In this document: piece by piece, positions 15,825-20,160 of the stretch
How positions within the stretch are numbered: position 1 is the first letter of the stretch
Layout: the number at the start of each line of letters is the position of its first letter
Assembly: GCA_040756235.1 (NCBI GenBank)
Contig: JBFLZG010000032.1
Location: forward strand, 1-20,160
Reading direction: 5' to 3'
Length of the DNA: 20,160 bases
Source: a bacterium
GTDB lineage: Bacteria; Desulfobacterota; DSWW01
Translations under genes and position numbers: made by a program
The notes under the pieces: model-generated
The model's database searches: none
What the model saw: the letters and a program-made list of their open reading frames with translations, nothing else
What the model was told of the DNA's origin: nothing

Positions 15825-16766
15825 TCACTTTATGTTCAGGATGCACCAGCACAGGCCCTTGACGACTTCATGCATCTTCCCGAAGTCCAGGGTGTCGATC
15901 GTATCCGTCTCACGGTGGTAATTGGGATTTCGATAGAAGGCGGTATCGGTGATCATGACGGCGTCATATCCGAACTCCCAATAGCTGCGATGGTCAGAGA
16001 AATCCACACCCCTTATGGACGATGGAGCCCTCAGGGTCCGCACTCGAACGGAAGTCGCCTTCAGGTGTCTGGCAACTCGAGAAGCGAGACAAGAGCTGCC
16101 GAAGTTGCTGATGACTCCGATGAAATTGCCGGTGGACGGATAGAATAGCCGCAGCAGGGCGAGCGGATAGTTTTGCGAGCCCGCTTCTTCCGTGAAATAC
16201 CCGATCATCTCCAGGCAGATCATGCCTTTGACGCGGACGCCCTGATTGTGCAGGGACTCCGCATGCACGTGACTGCCCATCCCCGCGGTCTCGAAGAAAG
16301 GAGGCTCTTCCAGGGCGTAGGCAACGAAATCGACCCTGCCGGGCAGCTCGGATTCGTGCTTCTTTGCGAAACGGGCGACCTCCAGCAGTCCCGCAACTGC
16401 ACTTGCGTTGTCGTCGGCGCCGGGACTCTCTCCGCAGACATCGTAGTGAGCCCCGACGATCAGGCGGCTGCCTTCCGCAGGGCCGGCGCTCGCCAGGACA
16501 TTCGCGTAGGCGCTGCCCGAAATCACGTAGGTCTGCTCCATGGGCTCAAACCCATATTCAGCGAGCTTCCGGTAGATGTAAGCAGCTGCCCGTTTCATGG
16601 ATTCCGGATGGTCATGACTGCGGGCCGGCTGCAGCGTTGTGAGATAGCGCACGGTGTCCTTCATGTTGTCCGTGCTGACACCGGGATCGGGATGGCAGAG
16701 GCGCCCGTGCGCGCATCCGTATGCGACGAGGAGGAGGATGGATAGGACGAAGATCATGGCCCGCAT
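15825..16766 (-). CDS. M28-family metallopeptidase-like lipoprotein, ~313 aa
   Basis: Signal ending VAYG-C; IVGAHYD, GADDNASAVA, LEEPP, CLEMIGY, FSDHRSYW, NPNYH..DT. Confidence 0.9.
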   Translation of the reverse strand: MRAMIFVLSILLLVAYGCAHGRLCHPDPGVSTDNMKDTVRYLTTLQPARSHDHPESMKRAAAYIYRKLAEYGFEPMEQTYVISGSAYANVLASAGPAEGSRLIVGAHYDVCGESPGADDNASAVAGLLEVARFAKKHESELPGRVDFVAYALEEPPFFETAGMGSHVHAESLHNQGVRVKGMICLEMIGYFTEEAGSQNYPLALLRLFYPSTGNFIGVISNFGSSCLASRVARHLKATSVRVRTLRAPSSIRGVDFSDHRSYWEFGYDAVMITDTAFYRNPNYHRETDTIDTLDFGKMHEVVKGLCWCILNIK

Positions 16767-17078
16767 GGTCTTGATGCGCCCGATCGGTACGGGGCTTGCC
16801 CGGACCTCCGATGCGAAGGAAAAGGTCGCTCGTTTGGGGCTCAGGCCGATGCCGCCGGGGCTGCGGTCTTCGGCCGCTTCAGCCTGCCCCTGATGGCCAC
16901 CGCCAGGCCGAGTGAATGGGACGAGCGGTTGTCGGCAGAAGCGCTGTTCGGCTCTGCCTATTACCCGCTGAGGAGCCTGGCTGTCAACAGGAATCAGCCG
17001 CATGCAGCAAAGACTCTCCGACAAGGAGACGGAGGATGGCTCCGACCGGGAGGATCCCGCCGGCATTCCGTTCTTTGT

Positions 17079-17107
17079 TTGCCGGCCTTCGTTTTCCGTG
17101 GCAGAAT
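17079..17107 (+). promoter_or_regulatory. Possible sigma70 promoter for the pntAA unit
   Basis: TTGCCG - 17 bp - CAGAAT with an extended -10 TG at 17099-17100. Confidence 0.35.
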
Positions 17108-17161
17108 CAGAGGTATCGATTGGGCCCGGGAAGATCGGTCAGGAAGATCGGAGTAGCAGCC

Positions 17162-18316
17162 TTGAAGGTGGCCGTGCCGAAAGAAGTCTTCGAAGGCGAG
17201 ACGAGGGTCGCCCTGACGCCGGCCGTCGCGGACGAGATCCGGAAGCGGCAGCACGAGGTGCTGGTGGAGGCAGGCGCGGGCCGGGCCTCCCTTTTTGCGG
17301 ACGAGCAGTACCGGGAGGCCGGGGCGGCCATCGTCGGTGATCCGGTGGAGCTCTACCGATCTGCCGACGTGGTCCTCAAGGTGAATCCGCCCGAAGTGCA
17401 CCCGGAGGCCGGCCGGCACGAGGTCGAGCTCTTGCGGGAAGGCGCCGCGCTCATCGGATTCCTCATGCCGCTGGACAATCCCGAGGCGATCGAGAGGCTC
17501 GCGCGCTGCCGGATCACGAGCTTCGCAATGGAGTACATCCCCAGGATCACCCGTGCCCAGAGCATGGACGCCTTGAGCTCCATGGCCACCGTCTCGGGCT
17601 ACAAGGCGGCTCTGGTCGGCGCCGGCCTGCTCCGCAAGTTCTTCCCGCTCCTCATGACAGCCGCGGGCACGATCCCGCCCGCCACGGTGCTCGTTCTGGG
17701 CGCAGGGGTGGCCGGCCTGCAGGCCGTGGCCACGGCCAAGCGCCTGGGCGCCAAGGTGGAAGCCTTCGACCCGCGCCCGGCCGTCAAGGAGCAGGTGCAG
17801 AGTCTGGGCGCGCAGTTCGTCGAGATGGAAGTCCCGGAGGACGTCGAGACAGCGGGCGGCTACGCAAAGGAGCAGTCCGAGGAGTTCCTCCGGCGGGAGC
17901 AGGAAACGATCGCGGCGCGGCTGGCCAAGGTCGACGTCGTCATCACGACGGCCCAGGTCTTCGGCAAGAAGGCGCCCGTCCTGATCACCGAGGAGATGGT
18001 CGAGCGGATGCGGCCGGGCTCGGTGATCGTGGACCTGGCCGTCCGGCAGGGCGGCAATTGCGCGCTCAGCAGGCCCAAGGAGACCCTGGAGAGGCACGGT
18101 GTGACGATCGTGGGCGCCTGGAACCTTGCGGCCGAGGTGCCGGTCCACGCAAGCCAGATGTACGCCCGAAACATCGCCAACCTCTTCCTCCATATCTACC
18201 CGGCTCCGTCGAGCGTCCCGGATTACGAGGACGAAATCACGAGGGCGTCCTGCATCACCCGCGCGGGAGAGATCGTTCAGGAGTCGGTCCGAAAGACGCT
18301 GGAGCTGAAGCCCTGA
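17162..18316 (+). CDS. pntAA: NAD(P) transhydrogenase alpha subunit part 1 (soluble NAD(H)-binding domain I, PntAA), 384 aa
   Basis: VAVPKE...ETRVALTP, PRITRAQSMDALSS (RQD loop), GYKA, PLLMTAAGT, GAGVAGLQA, GGYAKEQS, DLA..QGGNC, ASQMYARN; no C-terminal TMs; TTG start after GGAG. Confidence 0.93.
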   Translation: MKVAVPKEVFEGETRVALTPAVADEIRKRQHEVLVEAGAGRASLFADEQYREAGAAIVGDPVELYRSADVVLKVNPPEVHPEAGRHEVELLREGAALIGFLMPLDNPEAIERLARCRITSFAMEYIPRITRAQSMDALSSMATVSGYKAALVGAGLLRKFFPLLMTAAGTIPPATVLVLGAGVAGLQAVATAKRLGAKVEAFDPRPAVKEQVQSLGAQFVEMEVPEDVETAGGYAKEQSEEFLRREQETIAARLAKVDVVITTAQVFGKKAPVLITEEMVERMRPGSVIVDLAVRQGGNCALSRPKETLERHGVTIVGAWNLAAEVPVHASQMYARNIANLFLHIYPAPSSVPDYEDEITRASCITRAGEIVQESVRKTLELKP

Positions 18317-18368
18317 GGAGCCCCCGAACGCGGGTGGGAGGCGGAAGGGCGCGAGGACCCGGAGATCC

Positions 18369-19085
18369 ATGGCTGAACAGAACATCTTCACGCGTGAAGA
18401 GCTGAGCAGGCACAACGGCAAGGAAGAGCCCACCGTTTACTTCGCCTATCAGGGGGTGGTCTACGACGCCTCGGGGAGCAAGCTCTGGAAGACCGGCCAG
18501 CACATGCGCAGGCATGAGTCCGGGGCCGATCTCACGGCCGATCTGTCGGCCGCCCCGCACGGGGCCGACGTGCTGGAACGGGTGCCCAGGGTCGGCACCC
18601 TCCGGCCCGAGAAGGAGCCGTCGGAGGAGAACCTGCCGCCGTTTCTGGCATCCCTCCTCGAGCGCTACCCGAAGCTGAGGCGGCACCCCCACCCCATGAC
18701 GGTCCACTTCCCCCTGGCCTACACCCTGGCGATTCCTCTCTTTTACGTCCTCTTCCTGGCGACCGGGAGAGCCGCATTCGAGGCCACGGCGTTCTACCTG
18801 ATCGCCCTCGACATCCCCTCCACCGCGGTGGGTATGGTGACGGGCCCTTACGCGTGGTGGGTGAATTACGGGGCCAAGCTGTCGTTCAACATCAAGGTGA
18901 AGATGAGCTTCTCGGCCATCCTGATGACCCTGCTTCTCGTCCTCTTCTTCTGGAGGATCGGCGATCCCCGACTCCTGTTCGGCTCGAGCGGGGCCAGGAC
19001 AGGGTTCCTGGCGCTTTCATTCCTGCTTCCCTTCGTCGTGGGGGTCCTCGGATGGATCGGTGCGAAGATGACCTTCCCGCATTGA
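18369..19085 (+). CDS. Cytochrome b5-like heme-binding domain fused to a DUF2231-like membrane domain, 238 aa
   Basis: FTREEL..HNGK...YFAYQGVVYD..S.LW..G.H...H..G.DLT..L..APHG; then HPHPMTVHFPLA and four TMs. Confidence 0.85.
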   Translation: MAEQNIFTREELSRHNGKEEPTVYFAYQGVVYDASGSKLWKTGQHMRRHESGADLTADLSAAPHGADVLERVPRVGTLRPEKEPSEENLPPFLASLLERYPKLRRHPHPMTVHFPLAYTLAIPLFYVLFLATGRAAFEATAFYLIALDIPSTAVGMVTGPYAWWVNYGAKLSFNIKVKMSFSAILMTLLLVLFFWRIGDPRLLFGSSGARTGFLALSFLLPFVVGVLGWIGAKMTFPH

Positions 19086-19176
19086 AGGCTTCCTCTCTCT
19101 GCGCCCCGTTTGCGGCGGGAGCCGGCCCGTCGCGCGGCGGCCAGGGACAAAAGGCATATGGAAGAAGGAGATTGCC

Positions 19177-19533
19177 ATGAAGAAGCCCCTGCCCCCGACC
19201 TTTCAGGATTTCGTGAAGAAGTACCCCGCCGTCTGGCAGGCCCACGAGAAGCTCACGCAGGCTTGCGCCGACATGGGTCCTCTGGACAGAAAGACCCGGG
19301 AACTCATCAAGCTCGGGATCTCGGTGGCGGCCCACCTCCAGACAGCGGCCGAGCGGCACGCCGTCATGGCGATCGAGAACGGCGCCACTGAGGAGGAGAT
19401 CTTTCAGACGGTGATGATGACCATGACGACCTGCGGGCACCCGATCACGGCGGCTGGCTACAAATGGGTGAGCAGTGCTCTGGGGAAAGCCCCCAAGAGA
19501 CGCAGGGGGGTTCTGGTGAAGAAGTCCAGATAA
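19177..19533 (+). CDS. Carboxymuconolactone decarboxylase (CMD/AhpD-like) family protein, 118 aa
   Basis: GPLDRKTRELIKLGI.......H...A...GAT.EEI..........TCG.P; AAGGAG RBS. Confidence 0.88.
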   Translation: MKKPLPPTFQDFVKKYPAVWQAHEKLTQACADMGPLDRKTRELIKLGISVAAHLQTAAERHAVMAIENGATEEEIFQTVMMTMTTCGHPITAAGYKWVSSALGKAPKRRRGVLVKKSR

Positions 19534-19545
19534 CCGATACGGAAT

Positions 19546-19965
19546 TCAGGACACCGGGCTTCCGGACAGCCAGATCGCCTCGATCTCCTCGGGCGTGTAT
19601 CTCCGGCCCTGCCCTGCCCCCGGGCAGCGCTTCCGCACCTCTCCGTACCAGGTGCGCCGGTTGAGGTTCTCGGGCCAGAAGGGCCATGTGCGGCACTGCC
19701 TGGGCCGGACGGGGTAGACCCCGCAGCTCGCATCGCGAAGCATGACGCAGGCGCCCCGGTCGGATCTGAGCACGGCGTATTCGTCCGATCTCGTCACGTA
19801 TCTGCGGTGAAATTCGTCGGGGTAGAGGTTCAGGTAAGCGGCCATCTTCAGGATGTCGTCCCGGTCGATGTATACCTCGGTGTAAGGGCCTTCATCCCAG
19901 CAGCACTTGCCGCACCGCAGGCAGGAGAAATGCAGGCCGTTCCGGTACCAGATTCCATTTTTCAT
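19546..19965 (-). CDS. YkgJ-family cysteine-cluster (CxxCxxCC) protein, 139 aa
   Basis: GLHFSCLRCGKCC...CVML...CGVYPVRPRQCRTWPFW...CPG; alternative ATG at 19974. Confidence 0.9.
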   Translation of the reverse strand: MKNGIWYRNGLHFSCLRCGKCCWDEGPYTEVYIDRDDILKMAAYLNLYPDEFHRRYVTRSDEYAVLRSDRGACVMLRDASCGVYPVRPRQCRTWPFWPENLNRRTWYGEVRKRCPGAGQGRRYTPEEIEAIWLSGSPVS

Positions 19966-19972
19966 GAATTTC

Positions 19973-20001
19973 ATTATTATCGAGCCCCCGAGAGGGGTCA
20001 A
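19973..20001 (-). promoter_or_regulatory. sigma70-type promoter, probably giving a leaderless YkgJ-like mRNA
   Basis: TTGACC (20001-19996) - 17 bp - AATAAT (19978-19973); ATG 19965 is the 8th nt downstream. Confidence 0.5.
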
Positions 20002-20160
20002 TTGCGGCCGGCTGCGGGGATGACGAAGTGTGACCGGGCTCGAAGGCGGAATCCGGCTTCTTCTCCGTCATTCCGGCGCAGGAGGGTGTGTCATAAATCC
20101 GGTCAGACCCTCGTGCGACCACTCATTCCGGAGGACTCGGAGGCGCGGCCGCATGATTTC

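Noticed and set aside
17137..17161. SRP RNA domain IV-like GGTCAGG...AGCAGCC
   Set aside because: The intervening 11 nt form no stem with a GNRA loop, there is no long flanking helix, and the segment is the pntAA RBS.
17162..18316. Alanine dehydrogenase interpretation
   Set aside because: RAQSMDALSS, LMTAAGT and GGYAKE are transhydrogenase domain I features.
1..20160. CRISPR arrays, tRNA/rRNA genes, transposases, complete attC cassettes
   Set aside because: None seen: no regularly spaced repeats, cloverleaf or rRNA signatures, or transposase motifs.

Overview
GC-rich bacterial DNA; the gene content resembles deltaproteobacterial or facultatively microaerobic lineages, but taxonomy cannot be fixed from this window. 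Left end: an integron integrase (intI, 328-1320, minus strand). Its best attI candidate lies at its 3' end (99-117) rather than upstream, suggesting an inverted-integrase integron running off the left edge. Next is a ~10.5 kb co-directional, translationally coupled minus-strand operon (11896->1442) joining a rearranged Alternative Complex III (actB-C-D-F-A ... actE) to a C-family (cbb3-type) heme-copper oxidase (ccoN, ccoO fused to a second cytochrome c, ccoS, two small membrane proteins). Its non-canonical details are an ActB keeping the N-terminal FS0 Cys motif, a CX3CH heme motif in ActA, Gln at the expected axial-ligand position of ActE, and an apparently split CcoP. Right half: MFS transporter, acyl-CoA synthetase, M28 lipoprotein, a stand-alone transhydrogenase domain I gene (pntAA without pntAB/pntB) followed by a cytochrome b5-DUF2231 fusion and a CMD/AhpD-like gene, and a YkgJ-like Cys-cluster gene. 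Intergenic regions hold several sigma70-like promoters, two probable leaderless starts and degenerate palindromic repeats. All family calls come from motif recognition by eye; no searches were run.
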